From: Gemmatimonadaceae bacterium
Lineage (GTDB): Bacteria; Gemmatimonadota; Gemmatimonadetes; Gemmatimonadales; Gemmatimonadaceae
Length of the DNA: 64,000 nucleotides
Direction: 5' to 3'
Assembly: GCA_036393195.1 (NCBI GenBank)
Contig: DASVWN010000024.1
Location: forward strand, 6,880-70,879
Part shown: piece after piece, positions 1 through 9,358 of the stretch
Layout of the letters: every line of letters starts with the position of its first letter
Position numbering within the stretch: the stretch's first letter is position 1
Program-made: the position numbers and the translations under genes
Notes under the pieces: model-generated
The model's input: the letters and a program-made list of their open reading frames with translations, nothing else
The model's database searches: none
Told to the model about the DNA's origin: nothing

Positions 1-164
1 TATCGAGAGTGTACGCCTTGTCGTGGCCGATGTCGTAGAAGCCTGCCACGTGGCGCCCGCCTCTCGCGTGTTGAGCGCGCCCCTGTTATGATGGTGCGCC
101 CCGGCAGCCTGCCGGGGGGTCAGGCCACGGTACGGCGAGCTTCATTGACAGGCCAGGTGAGAAT

Positions 165-923
165 ATGACTGCTTCCGCGCAGCCCGCCTCGCTCAGGTCC
201 ACAGCGCCCCGCGCTTCACTGGGATCGGTTGCCGCGAGGCTCCTGTTGCATGCCGTGTTTCTGCTGATCGCCATCGGGTGCTTCGCGGCGTACACGCACT
301 TCAGGATCGAAGGTCACTCGAACGCGTCGCTCGCCAGCCTGGTCGCGGCGGTGGCGTTCGGCTTCGCGCCGCTGCGCGACGTGGTCCGCATCGTCTTCAA
401 GGTCGAGGGCAAGACCCTGCACCTCGTGCACGTGCTGGGCGGCCTCGGGCTTGCCGCACTCCCCGTCTCGGGGCTCGTGTCAGGGACGCCGGTGCTCACC
501 CGCACTGCGCTGGCGCCGTTCTCCATCATGGGTGCCGCGCAGGCGCTCATGCACCAGAACCATCCGCGCAATGCGGCGCAGGCGGCGGCCATGCAGCGCT
601 TCGCGACGAGCCTGCCGGAGATTGCCCAGTTCACCAGCTCGAAGAGCCTTGCGTCTCCGGAGAACGCGAAGCGGGCTGTCGTGGTTCTCTCCGACATCAT
701 TGGCAAGGCCCAGGCGCTGGGCGAGACCGAACTGCAAGCGGACCCCAAATTCCAGAGCGCGCTCTCGCAGGTGTCGACGCGCTTCGGGACGAATCTGGGG
801 CTCGACGCGGTGGACCTCGCCCTCACGAGGATGGCGGCCAACCCGGCCACCGCGGGCGCCGTTCCGCAGTTGCGCGCGAAGCTCGCCATGGCGCGCAAGG
901 TGAACGCCGCCACGAGCCGGTAG
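165..923 (+). CDS. hypothetical integral membrane protein
   Basis: 252-aa ORF with strong third-position GC. Three hydrophobic helices (LLLHAVFLLIAIGCFAAY, LASLVAAVAFGFAPL, VLGGLGLAALPVSGLV) precede an Ala/Gln-rich soluble tail. No family recognised. Overlapping ORFs in other frames look like GC artefacts. Confidence 0.5.
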   Translation: MTASAQPASLRSTAPRASLGSVAARLLLHAVFLLIAIGCFAAYTHFRIEGHSNASLASLVAAVAFGFAPLRDVVRIVFKVEGKTLHLVHVLGGLGLAALPVSGLVSGTPVLTRTALAPFSIMGAAQALMHQNHPRNAAQAAAMQRFATSLPEIAQFTSSKSLASPENAKRAVVVLSDIIGKAQALGETELQADPKFQSALSQVSTRFGTNLGLDAVDLALTRMAANPATAGAVPQLRAKLAMARKVNAATSR

Positions 924-972
924 GCCATGGCGTGGAGTTGCTGTTTCGAACGCGTTCACCATCGCGGACCGA

Positions 973-2418
973 TCACGGCATTCCCGGCATCGCCATGCGC
1001 ATGATCGTCGGTCGCAGGCGAATGAACACGGCGAATCCGGCCGGCGTGCGCGACCCGTAGAACGGCTCGAGCGCCGCGGGCAGAAAGTTCACCGAGGTGC
1101 GAACGCCCGCGTCAACTGTGCCTCCGGGGAATCCGGCGAGCTCGCGAAGGTAGCCCACGGCGACCGCGCGAATGCCATAGTGCGGCCCGGCAGCCGCACC
1201 CGCCATGCTGCTCCCCGGAAACGGGGTCGGCGATTCGAACGATATCGCGAGATCGTCCGCGCTCTTGCTCACGGACTCCACACGACCAAACAGGGTGTTG
1301 CGCCCGTCGAGATCCACGGTGCTCTCGAGCAGGAAGCTGTTCGACAGTCCGCCTTCCGCCGAGTGGCGGTTCGCGCCCCAGATGAATGCGCTCGACAAAT
1401 CGCCGTGCACGCCGATCGGGCGCGAGTGCAGCACGGATGCCGTGATGCGGTGCTCGGCGTCGCCGGGGAACAACACCTCGGGGCTCCGCAGATACGCATA
1501 CGACGCGCTGACGCTCCATTCACTCGCGGGATTCACGGTGATGCGCCCCGCGTACGAGTCGAGCGTGCGAAAGTCGAGGTCGGTGCGATCGTCGTCCGGC
1601 TCGCGCCCGTTGAAGATGGATCCTTCCAGCTTCCACACACGCGAATAGACTGCGCCGGTGACGACACCGAAGGTGATGTGCGTGGCGTCCTGCCAGTGGT
1701 GTGAGAGCGGCGCGAACGGATCCGCCGCGGCACTGGGCCTGTGCGGGAACGCCACCGGACCGGAGGCAGGCTCACCCACCGGTGCCACGTAGAGCTGGAG
1801 AGCCAGGTTCGGGCGAATGGCGCGCTCGTAGTCGGCCGCGAGCTCCATGAAGAGGTCGTGCGGATGCTGGCGGTCGTGCAACGGCATACCTCGATAGCTC
1901 TCGCCCGACTGAAGCAGCAGCGGGTATCCTTTTGCCCCGACTGTCCACGGCTCCGCGCTGAACATGCCGCGCAGCCGCAGTCGTCCGCCGCCGATCGCGC
2001 GTGCGGCCATGAGCATCCCCCAGTTCACACTCCCGATCTGGTCCGCGCCGCGCCGGCCCGTGTTCGCGTCGTTCTGGCGGTCGTAATAGGCGAATACGCT
2101 GTAATGCACCATGAGCTCCCACGGGCCCGCCGTGAAGTGCGCGGCGTGCATGGGTGCGGCATCCGGCAACCAGCTCGTGCCCGAGCCAGTTCGCGACATG
2201 GAAATGCCAAGAGGCTGTGGCGGCCTGCTTGTGTGGCGCGTGCCCATGCCGGGCATCGTGTCCGGAGTGCCGGTGGACATGGACGTGGTATCGTGCGTGA
2301 CGGGTGGCGTTCCGTGCTGTGCCGTCGCAACACCGGGAATCAGCAGCCAGACACCTACGGTCATGAGTTTCGCAAGACGCTTGCGATGCTCACCGGAAGA
2401 CGTGTGTGAGAAGCGCAT
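973..2418 (-). CDS. outer-membrane beta-barrel protein with Met-rich termini (putative metal-associated porin)
   Basis: I trimmed the 537-aa ORF to the ATG at 2418 (MRFSHTSS...), 8 nt downstream of the ATPase stop. Signal-like LMTVGVWLLIPGVATAQ. Met/His-rich mature N-terminus (HDTTSMSTGTPDTMPGMGTRH) and Met-rich C-terminus (IMRMAMPGMP). Alternating beta-strand-like pattern throughout. Confidence 0.6.
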   Translation of the reverse strand: MRFSHTSSGEHRKRLAKLMTVGVWLLIPGVATAQHGTPPVTHDTTSMSTGTPDTMPGMGTRHTSRPPQPLGISMSRTGSGTSWLPDAAPMHAAHFTAGPWELMVHYSVFAYYDRQNDANTGRRGADQIGSVNWGMLMAARAIGGGRLRLRGMFSAEPWTVGAKGYPLLLQSGESYRGMPLHDRQHPHDLFMELAADYERAIRPNLALQLYVAPVGEPASGPVAFPHRPSAAADPFAPLSHHWQDATHITFGVVTGAVYSRVWKLEGSIFNGREPDDDRTDLDFRTLDSYAGRITVNPASEWSVSASYAYLRSPEVLFPGDAEHRITASVLHSRPIGVHGDLSSAFIWGANRHSAEGGLSNSFLLESTVDLDGRNTLFGRVESVSKSADDLAISFESPTPFPGSSMAGAAAGPHYGIRAVAVGYLRELAGFPGGTVDAGVRTSVNFLPAALEPFYGSRTPAGFAVFIRLRPTIMRMAMPGMP

Positions 2419-2426
2419 GATCCTCG

Positions 2427-4463
2427 TCACAGCGTAACCCGCCGGAGCAGTTGCGCATTGAGTGCTACGATCACGGTACTGAGCGACATGAGAATTGCGC
2501 CGACGGCCGGGGTGAGCACGATGCCAACGGGCGCGAGCACGCCCGCCGCCAGCGGAATGGCGACGACGTTGTAGCCCACGGCCCACCAGAGATTCTGAAT
2601 CATCTTTCGCCAGCTCGCGCGGCTCAGCGCGATGAGCTTCGCCACATCGCGCGGATCGCTGCGCACGAGCACCACATCGCCGGCTTCGACGGCCACTTCC
2701 GTGCCCGCTCCGATCGCAATGCCCACGGTAGCCGTGGCGAGGGCGGGCGCGTCGTTCACGCCGTCGCCCACCATCGCCACCCGGTGCCCGGCATCGCGCA
2801 GCGCCTGTATCCGGCCGGCCTTGTCGCCGGGCAGGACGCCGGCGAACACCGTGTCAATTCCGAGATCCGCCGCGACCGCGTTCGCCACGGCCTCGGCGTC
2901 GCCCGTCATCATCACTACCCGGAGTCCGGCGTGGTGCAGCGCCGCGATGGCGGGCTTCGACTCGGCACGCACGACATCCGCCATGGCCAGGACAGCAACG
3001 ACGGAATCCCCATCCAGGAGATAGAGAGCTGATTGTCCCCGCGATGACGCTCGTTCCGCCGCTGCGCGCAGTGCAGTCGGCACGCTCACCGATCGCAATG
3101 CAATCAGCGCGGGCCCGCCCACCGCGACCTCGCGCCCATTCACGTACGCGCTCACGCCATGTCCGGGAATGGCCGCGAAGTCGCTGGCCGGCGGCAGGGC
3201 CAGCTTGCGCTCCGCCGCGCTCCGCACAATGCCGCGGGCCACCGAATGCTCCGAATCGTGCTCCACCGCTGCGGCCAGACGAAGCGCATCATCGGCGGTC
3301 ATTCCAGTCGCGGTCGCGATGTCCACGACGCCGAACTCACCTCTGGTGAGCGTTCCGGTCTTGTCGAAGACCACCGTGTCCAGACGCCGCGCCTCTTCGA
3401 GACCGCGCCGGTTCCGGACGAGCAACCCGCTGCTCGCGGCCAGCGTCGTGGAGATCGCGATCACGAGCGGGATGGCGAGTCCGAGCGCATGCGGGCACGC
3501 GATGACGAGCACCGTCACCAGTCGCGCAATCGCGTAGGTCAGGGTTTGACCCGCGATGATCCAGCCCGCGAGCGTCACCGCGCCGGCGCCAACCGCGATG
3601 ACGGTGAGCCAGAACGCCGCGCGGTCCGCCAGGTCCTGCGCGCGCGAGCGCGACGACTGCGCCGCCTCTACCAGCCGCATGATGCCGGCGAGCGCGGTGC
3701 GGTCACCCGTGTGCGTGACCGTCACGCGCAGCGACCCCGTGCCGTTGAGCGTGCCTGCCACCACACGATCGTTCTCGCGCTTCTCCACCGGGCGCGACTC
3801 GCCGGTAATCATCGATTCGTTCACGCTGCTCGCGCCCTGCTGCACGATGCCGTCGGCGGCCACACTCTGTCCGGGACGCACGAGCACCAGGTCCCCCTCA
3901 CGAAGGTCCGAGAGCGGCACCTCCTCGGCCACCTCGCCGCGCAGGCGCGTCGCGGTGTTGGGCAGGAGCCTGGCCAGTGCCCCTATCGCGCCCTGGGCTT
4001 GCGCGATCGAGCGCATCTCGAGCCAGTGACCCAGCAGCATGATGGTCACGAGCGTGGCCAGCTCCTCCCAGAGTGGCAGGCCGGGATAGCCGAATGTCAC
4101 CGCGAGACTGAAGAGGAACGCGACGGAGATCGCCAGGGCGATGAGCGTCATCATGCCCGGGAGCCGGTCGCGAAGCTCGCGGATGGCGCCCTGTATGAAC
4201 ACCCGGCCGCCGTAGAAGAACACGGCGATTCCGAATGTCGCGGGAATCCACCGCGATCCGGGAAAGGCTGGTGCGCTGTAGTGGAGCGCGTTCGGCAGCA
4301 TGTGCCCCCACACGAGCGTGGGGATGGTGAGGCTCAGCGACAGCCAGAACTTGTCACGGAACATCGCGACGCTGTGGCCGGCGTGTTTGTCGTGCGCGGC
4401 GTGAGACGCGGCGACCGGCGATGGCATCGCAACGTGGTGCATGTCTGGATCATGGTGCTGCAT
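2427..4463 (-). CDS. copper-type heavy-metal translocating P1B ATPase (CPH motif, His-rich N-terminus; CopB-like subtype)
   Basis: 678 aa. DKTGT phosphorylation motif (VVFDKTGTLT), GDGVNDAP hinge (MVGDGVNDAPALA), TGES-like ITGESRP, transmembrane CPH (VIACPHALGLAIP). His-rich N-terminus MQHHDPDMHHVAMPSPVAASHAAHDKHAGH. Confidence 0.9.
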   Translation of the reverse strand: MQHHDPDMHHVAMPSPVAASHAAHDKHAGHSVAMFRDKFWLSLSLTIPTLVWGHMLPNALHYSAPAFPGSRWIPATFGIAVFFYGGRVFIQGAIRELRDRLPGMMTLIALAISVAFLFSLAVTFGYPGLPLWEELATLVTIMLLGHWLEMRSIAQAQGAIGALARLLPNTATRLRGEVAEEVPLSDLREGDLVLVRPGQSVAADGIVQQGASSVNESMITGESRPVEKRENDRVVAGTLNGTGSLRVTVTHTGDRTALAGIMRLVEAAQSSRSRAQDLADRAAFWLTVIAVGAGAVTLAGWIIAGQTLTYAIARLVTVLVIACPHALGLAIPLVIAISTTLAASSGLLVRNRRGLEEARRLDTVVFDKTGTLTRGEFGVVDIATATGMTADDALRLAAAVEHDSEHSVARGIVRSAAERKLALPPASDFAAIPGHGVSAYVNGREVAVGGPALIALRSVSVPTALRAAAERASSRGQSALYLLDGDSVVAVLAMADVVRAESKPAIAALHHAGLRVVMMTGDAEAVANAVAADLGIDTVFAGVLPGDKAGRIQALRDAGHRVAMVGDGVNDAPALATATVGIAIGAGTEVAVEAGDVVLVRSDPRDVAKLIALSRASWRKMIQNLWWAVGYNVVAIPLAAGVLAPVGIVLTPAVGAILMSLSTVIVALNAQLLRRVTL

Positions 4464-4595
4464 GGAAATCTCCCGTCGTTTCGTGATGGAGGCGTGCGGC
4501 GACAGGTCAGGCTATGGGGTGCGCCGCGAAGCATCACGCCGCCCTGGTCACCGGAGGAAACCACGGTGGGGCGTGCAGCTCACGAGCAGGACGTG

Positions 4596-5009
4596 CTACG
4601 CGCGGGGAGGAGGGGGCTCTGGCGCGATCGCGCGGAAGGGAGGTTGCAGCAGCGTGGCGCTGACGCGCCGGGGATTCGGCAGCGCCGTGACGGGCAGTGT
4701 CAGGGTCGCAGGAGTCACCGCAGCCGGCGTACACAGTACCATGCTTGCGCAAGCCGGCGGCGCTCCCGGTACCCCGCACGGAGCCTCGGAGCTGCCCGGA
4801 CAGCCGTGTCTGGCTGGTGACTGCGATCCGTGGCTGTCGTGCCCGGGCTCGGCCATGACAGTCGCAGTCGTCGCGGATACCGTGGCCATACTGGCCATGC
4901 TCCGGTGACTCGCGCCCGCGTGTGTGCACGCGCTGCCGCTGCCCAGAGTAATGAACTCGAGCATTAGCAATTGAGTGACGATCGCGGTGACGCGACGAAT
5001 GCGCGGCAT
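4596..5009 (-). CDS. small Cys/His/Met-rich protein with N-terminal hydrophobic segment (possible metal-binding partner of the ATPase)
   Basis: Last 138 codons of an otherwise implausible 668-aa antisense ORF. ATG at 5009 (MPRIRRVTAIVTQLLMLEFITLGSGSAC...). 5 Cys, 5 His and 5 internal Met. Lies 132 nt upstream of the ATPase on the same strand. No family recognised. Confidence 0.35.
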   Translation of the reverse strand: MPRIRRVTAIVTQLLMLEFITLGSGSACTHAGASHRSMASMATVSATTATVMAEPGHDSHGSQSPARHGCPGSSEAPCGVPGAPPACASMVLCTPAAVTPATLTLPVTALPNPRRVSATLLQPPFRAIAPEPPPPRA

Positions 5010-5171
5010 GCTGGCGACTGTGTGGCTGGTGAATCGTACGAATCCCGATGCTGCTGAATGGTAAGCGGCCCATCGCTGCCGCCACAGGCCTGCCGTACAG
5101 TGCCCAGTCACGCGGTATCGCGCCCATGCGTGCCTCTGGCATGTGGGCGCTGCGGCGAGCAGATTTTCGCC

Positions 5172-7211
5172 ATGCTGAATCCTCTCTCGCGCGCGGCGGC
5201 CTGTCGCGTGCTTCGCCTGATCGCCGCGACCGCACTCGCGATCGCGACCCTGCCCGGCACGCGCACGCTCCGTGCGCAGTCGGCATCCCGCGCCCGCCCG
5301 CAATTCGTGAACGGCATGGCGCAGGTAGTCCCCGCCTTCGCCGACTCCTCCACGTGGATCCGCCAGGAGCTCTGGGTGGAGACGAACTTCGACAGCGATC
5401 GCGACGGCAAACCCGATCGCGTGCACGTGGATGTCACGCGTCCGCGTCAGACCGAAACCGAGGGCCTCAAGGTCCCTGTGATCTACGGATCGAGTCCCTA
5501 CTATGCGGGCGTTGCGCGCGATCAGGTGGACTGGAACGTGAAGCAGGAGCTGGGCGCCAGGCCGCAGCCGCGCGGGCTCATGCTGTCGGCGCCCTATGAG
5601 GCGGACCGCACGCGCATCTCGAATCAGTTCGTGAACGAGTGGGTGCCACGCGGGTTTGCCGTAGTCCACTCCGAAGCGCCGGGCACGGGGCGTTCGCAGG
5701 GCTGCGCGACCGTCGGGGATGTCCCCGAGCGGATGCCGATGAAGTTTGTCATTGACTGGTTGAACGGCCGCGCGAAGGGCTTTACCACGGAGACCGGCTC
5801 CGTGGAAGTGAAGGCCACGTCCTGGTCCACGGGCAAGGTCGGCATGATGGGTACGTCGTACGAGGGCACGTTGCCGCTGGCAGCGGCAACGACCGGCGTC
5901 CAGGGCCTCGAAGTCGTGATCCCGGTATCGCCCAACACGTCCTACTATCACTACTATCGCTCCAACGGACTGGTGCGCTCGCCGGGCGGGTACCTGGGCG
6001 AAGACGTGGATGTGCTTTATGACTTCATCGCGAGCGGCGACACCGCGGATCGCGCCAACTGCGATCGCATCTGGAAGAACGGCATCTTCGCGGGGCGGAA
6101 GGGTCAGGATCGCGTGACCGGCGACTACAACGACTTCTGGGCCGAGCGCGATCTGCTGCCGCTCGTGAAGAACATCAAGGCCGCGGTACTGCTCGCGCAC
6201 GGCTTCAACGACTACAACGTCGTGCCCGAGCACAGCGTGCGCATCTACAACGCGATGAAGGCGCTCGGCCTGCCGGTCTCGATCTATCTGCATCAGGGTG
6301 GCCACGGCGGCAATCCGCCCGCGGAAATGGTCAATCGCTGGTTCAGTCACTACCTCTACGGCGTGAACAACGGCGTGGAGAACGATCCGCCCGTCTGGAT
6401 CGTGGAGGACGCCGCATCGCAGGAACCACGCGCGCTGGCTGCGGCGCACGATTCGGCCGCGGCTCGAACCGCGGGGAGCGGCGGTGCGTCGCCCGTGACC
6501 CCGGCGCAGGAACAGCGCCGCCGGCGGAGACGGCCGCCCGCAGGGCCGCCGACGCCGTTCGCCTCGTTCCCCGTTCCGGGCTCGGTGCCGGTGGTGTTCC
6601 ACCCCGTGGCGGGTGGCACCGGTACTGCAAAGCTATCCTTCAGGAACGCGAGCACGGGAGCGGACACGCTCGTCGATGACGTCTCGTTCAGCGGCAGCGA
6701 TAACGCGAGCGTCCCGCACTCATCGCATCGGCTGCTCTATGCCACGCCGATGTTCAGCGACACGGTGCACATCTCCGGTACGCCTCGAGTGACGTTGCGC
6801 ATCGCGTCGAGCAAGCCGGCGGCAAACCTGAGCGTGTGGCTCGTGATGCTGCCGTACGATTCCGCGCACGTCGGATCGCAGAGCCATGCGGGATTGATCA
6901 CGCGCGGCTGGGCCGACATCCAGAACTACCGGTCGCTCACGAAGGGCGGCAACTACGACTCCGAGCGCCCGGGCGAGCAACTCGTGCCAGGCAGGTTCTA
7001 CGACCTCACCTTCGATCTCGAGCCCGACGATGAGTTCGTGCCGCCGGGCAAGCGACTCGCCGTGATGATCATGTCGAGCGATCGCGAGTTCACACTCTGG
7101 CCGCAACCGGGAACGGAGCTGACGGTGGATGTGGCGCATTCATCGTTCTCGATCCCGATCGTGGGCGGAACAGCGGCGCTGCGCGCCGCGGGGATGCGGC
7201 AGGCTCCGTAG
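5172..7211 (+). CDS. Xaa-Pro dipeptidyl-peptidase, S15 family (PepX-like), secreted
   Basis: Start set at the ATG at 5172 (MLNPLSRAAACRVLRLIAATALAIATLPG signal). ETNFDSDRDGKPDRVHVDVTRP N-terminal motif. Catalytic GxSYxG (MMGTSYEGTLP). Typical S15 C-terminal beta-sandwich region. Confidence 0.8.
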   Translation: MLNPLSRAAACRVLRLIAATALAIATLPGTRTLRAQSASRARPQFVNGMAQVVPAFADSSTWIRQELWVETNFDSDRDGKPDRVHVDVTRPRQTETEGLKVPVIYGSSPYYAGVARDQVDWNVKQELGARPQPRGLMLSAPYEADRTRISNQFVNEWVPRGFAVVHSEAPGTGRSQGCATVGDVPERMPMKFVIDWLNGRAKGFTTETGSVEVKATSWSTGKVGMMGTSYEGTLPLAAATTGVQGLEVVIPVSPNTSYYHYYRSNGLVRSPGGYLGEDVDVLYDFIASGDTADRANCDRIWKNGIFAGRKGQDRVTGDYNDFWAERDLLPLVKNIKAAVLLAHGFNDYNVVPEHSVRIYNAMKALGLPVSIYLHQGGHGGNPPAEMVNRWFSHYLYGVNNGVENDPPVWIVEDAASQEPRALAAAHDSAAARTAGSGGASPVTPAQEQRRRRRRPPAGPPTPFASFPVPGSVPVVFHPVAGGTGTAKLSFRNASTGADTLVDDVSFSGSDNASVPHSSHRLLYATPMFSDTVHISGTPRVTLRIASSKPAANLSVWLVMLPYDSAHVGSQSHAGLITRGWADIQNYRSLTKGGNYDSERPGEQLVPGRFYDLTFDLEPDDEFVPPGKRLAVMIMSSDREFTLWPQPGTELTVDVAHSSFSIPIVGGTAALRAAGMRQAP

Positions 7212-7325
7212 TGGAGGTCCGCACAGCAGAGTGCGCTGCCGTCGCTTGACTCCGCCGCCATGGTCGCGATCTTCTCGCTGACTCGGTTCCGCCGCTCGTC
7301 CCTCATCATCCAGAGGATCTGGTCC

Positions 7326-8450
7326 ATGCGTCGCATCGGCGTCTCCGTCGTTCTTGTCATCGCCTGCGTTGCCCAGGCGCTCGTTGCACAGCAGCCCGCA
7401 ACCAACGGGCCCTGGAAGGTGCTCAAGTCGGTGCGCGTGGGCGGCGAAGGAGGCTATGACTACATCTACGCCGATGTCGCCGGCCGGCGACTCTACATTC
7501 CGCGCGGCGGCTCGCGAGCCATACCCGCTACCGACAGCACGCCGGCCAGGGAGGCTGTCCCTGGCCGCATCACGGTCTTCGATCTCGAGACACTGGCACC
7601 GATCGGCGAGATTCCGAACAGCGGTGGGCAGGGCGTCGTGGTCGATCCGAAGTACGGTCACGGCTTCTCGAGCAGTCGGGCCGTGTCAATGTTCGACACG
7701 AAGTCGTTGAAGTTGATCAGACAGATCGACGTCGCGCCCGCGCGGCCGGATGGCATTCTCTTCGATGCGTTCAATCATCGCGTCTATGTCTTCAGCCATC
7801 CGACGAAGAATGCCACTGTCATTGACGCGAAGGATGGGACCGTCGTCGGTACCATCGACCTTGGCGGTGTCCCGGAGGAAGCAGTGTCCGATGGCAAGGG
7901 GACGATGTACGTCGTCATGCAGGACTCGGCCGGGAGCGTAACGGTGGTGGACACGAAGACCATGAAGGCCACCGCGCACTATTCGCTGGGCGATCGGGGC
8001 CGTTGCAACGGACTGGCGCTCGACGCGACGCATCACATTCTCTTTGCCGCCTGCGCTCAGTCGGGAAACCCGCCGGCGGATCCGCCGCAGCCCATGATGG
8101 TCATCCTCAGCGCCACGAACGGCGCCATCCTCGACAGCCTCCCGCTGGCGGGCCGATCCGACGGCGCTGTGTTCGATCCCGCGACGATGGAAGCGTTCAG
8201 CACGCACAGCAACGGCACGCTCACCATCGTGAAGGAGACGAGCCCGACCACGTTCGAGGTGGAGGAGAATCTCCAGACGATGGTCGGCGCGCGCACCATT
8301 ACGCTCGATGCGAAGACCAATCACATCTTCACGATGAGTCTCGAGCGCGCCCCGGCACCACCCACCGCGGCGGGCGCGAACCCCCGCGGCCGCGAAGGCT
8401 TCGGGCCGGCGATACCTGGGTCATTCACGATTCTGATGATCGGCAGGTAG
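7326..8450 (+). CDS. YVTN/YncE-like beta-propeller repeat protein, secreted
   Basis: ATG at 7326 (MRRIGVSVVLVIACVAQALVAQQ signal). Repeated propeller blades (RLYIP, RVYVFSHP, TMYVVMQDS, HILFAAC, HIFTM motifs). Confidence 0.7.
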   Translation: MRRIGVSVVLVIACVAQALVAQQPATNGPWKVLKSVRVGGEGGYDYIYADVAGRRLYIPRGGSRAIPATDSTPAREAVPGRITVFDLETLAPIGEIPNSGGQGVVVDPKYGHGFSSSRAVSMFDTKSLKLIRQIDVAPARPDGILFDAFNHRVYVFSHPTKNATVIDAKDGTVVGTIDLGGVPEEAVSDGKGTMYVVMQDSAGSVTVVDTKTMKATAHYSLGDRGRCNGLALDATHHILFAACAQSGNPPADPPQPMMVILSATNGAILDSLPLAGRSDGAVFDPATMEAFSTHSNGTLTIVKETSPTTFEVEENLQTMVGARTITLDAKTNHIFTMSLERAPAPPTAAGANPRGREGFGPAIPGSFTILMIGR

Positions 8451-8774
8451 CCGCCGCGGGGCCAGGGAGATCCTCCCGCGGTTGCGACTCATCTTTTCGG
8501 GCCCTGATCTTGCTTGCAGCGATGCTCCCCGGCTTCGCACCGGCTGCGTCGGGCCAGGGCGGCGCATCGGGGTCGGCAGTCGCCTGACAATGTCGCGGTC
8601 ATTTCCCTACTGCCGAGCGGAACCCCGACCGGCAACTTGTCATGTGACAAGAACCAGCTGCGTCGGACGAGGGCGGATCGGTACGGGAACTGACTCCCGT
8701 GAGTCCGGATCGCGAGCAGTCGAACAGTGAGAAGCGGTCGTATCCCTCCGACGCCGCGAGCATGGAGGTGCCTT

Positions 8775-9347
8775 ATGCGCGACCATGACCTGCGGCAGCA
8801 GAGTCACGGGACATCCAACGTCCCGTCTCTCGGCGTCTGCGTGCTGAACACCGGGCAGGCAGTTACGCGACGGAGGTGGCTCGGGGCACTCGCCGGGATC
8901 GCCGGCGGCACGGCGTTGACGGCCTTGACGGGCGAACGACTGTGGGCGTCCACCGGCCTGGCTCGATCGCGCGGCGCCCCCGTAATGGCATACGTGTACT
9001 CCACCCCGCATCTCGGCTGCTGCGAGCACTGGGTTGCACACCTCGAGCGGAACGGCTTTCAGGTTACGACCACGAGCTTCGACGACCTCTCGTTGTTCAA
9101 GAGAAACTTCGGCGTTCCCGAGAGGCTGTGGTCGTGCCATACCTCGCTCGTCGACAACTTCGTGATCGAGGGGCACGTACCTGCGGATCTCATTCGGCGC
9201 CTTCGTGAGCACCCACTGGATATTGCAGGGCTCGCGGTGGCTGGTATGCCGTGCGGTGCACCGGGGTTGGAGGGGCCGAACCCGCAGGCGTACGAGGTGG
9301 TTGCGTTCCGGCGCTCGGGGGAGACGTTCCCGTACGCCTATCGGTGA
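8775..9347 (+). CDS. DUF411 / CopG-family metal-binding protein with Tat-like signal
   Basis: GGAGGTG 4 nt before the ATG at 8775. Twin-arginine TRRRWLGALAGIAGG. DUF411 hallmarks SCHTSLVDNFVIEGHVPADLIRRL and GMPCGAPGLEG. The Cys motif reads TPHLGCCEHW. Confidence 0.8.
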   Translation: MRDHDLRQQSHGTSNVPSLGVCVLNTGQAVTRRRWLGALAGIAGGTALTALTGERLWASTGLARSRGAPVMAYVYSTPHLGCCEHWVAHLERNGFQVTTTSFDDLSLFKRNFGVPERLWSCHTSLVDNFVIEGHVPADLIRRLREHPLDIAGLAVAGMPCGAPGLEGPNPQAYEVVAFRRSGETFPYAYR

Positions 9348-9358
9348 GTCGGGCACGG

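Noticed and set aside
1-51. Possible 5' end of a minus-strand gene (GTG at 51, VAGFYDIGHDKAYTLD..., GAGAGG upstream) running off the window edge.
   Set aside because: Only 17 codons are visible and there is no recognisable motif, so this is insufficient evidence to call a feature.
5010-6602. Upstream two-thirds of a 668-aa minus-strand ORF, antisense to the S15 peptidase gene.
   Set aside because: The sequence is Arg/Ala/Gly-rich with no motifs. It lies fully opposite a well-supported gene, which is typical of long stop-free antisense frames in high-GC DNA. I kept only its last 138 codons (4596-5009) as a tentative gene.
8636-8651. 16-bp perfect palindrome CTTGTCAtgTGACAAG, 124 nt upstream of the DUF411 gene, as a possible metal-regulator operator. 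A TGACAAG half-site also lies upstream of the multicopper oxidase (12694-12700).
   Set aside because: 7-bp arms at a fixed spacing are expected several times by chance in 64 kb. The 7-mer also occurs inside coding regions (for example 4351, 7353, 12839). No cognate regulator gene is present. It may deserve a look only if the motif recurs upstream of other metal genes genome-wide.
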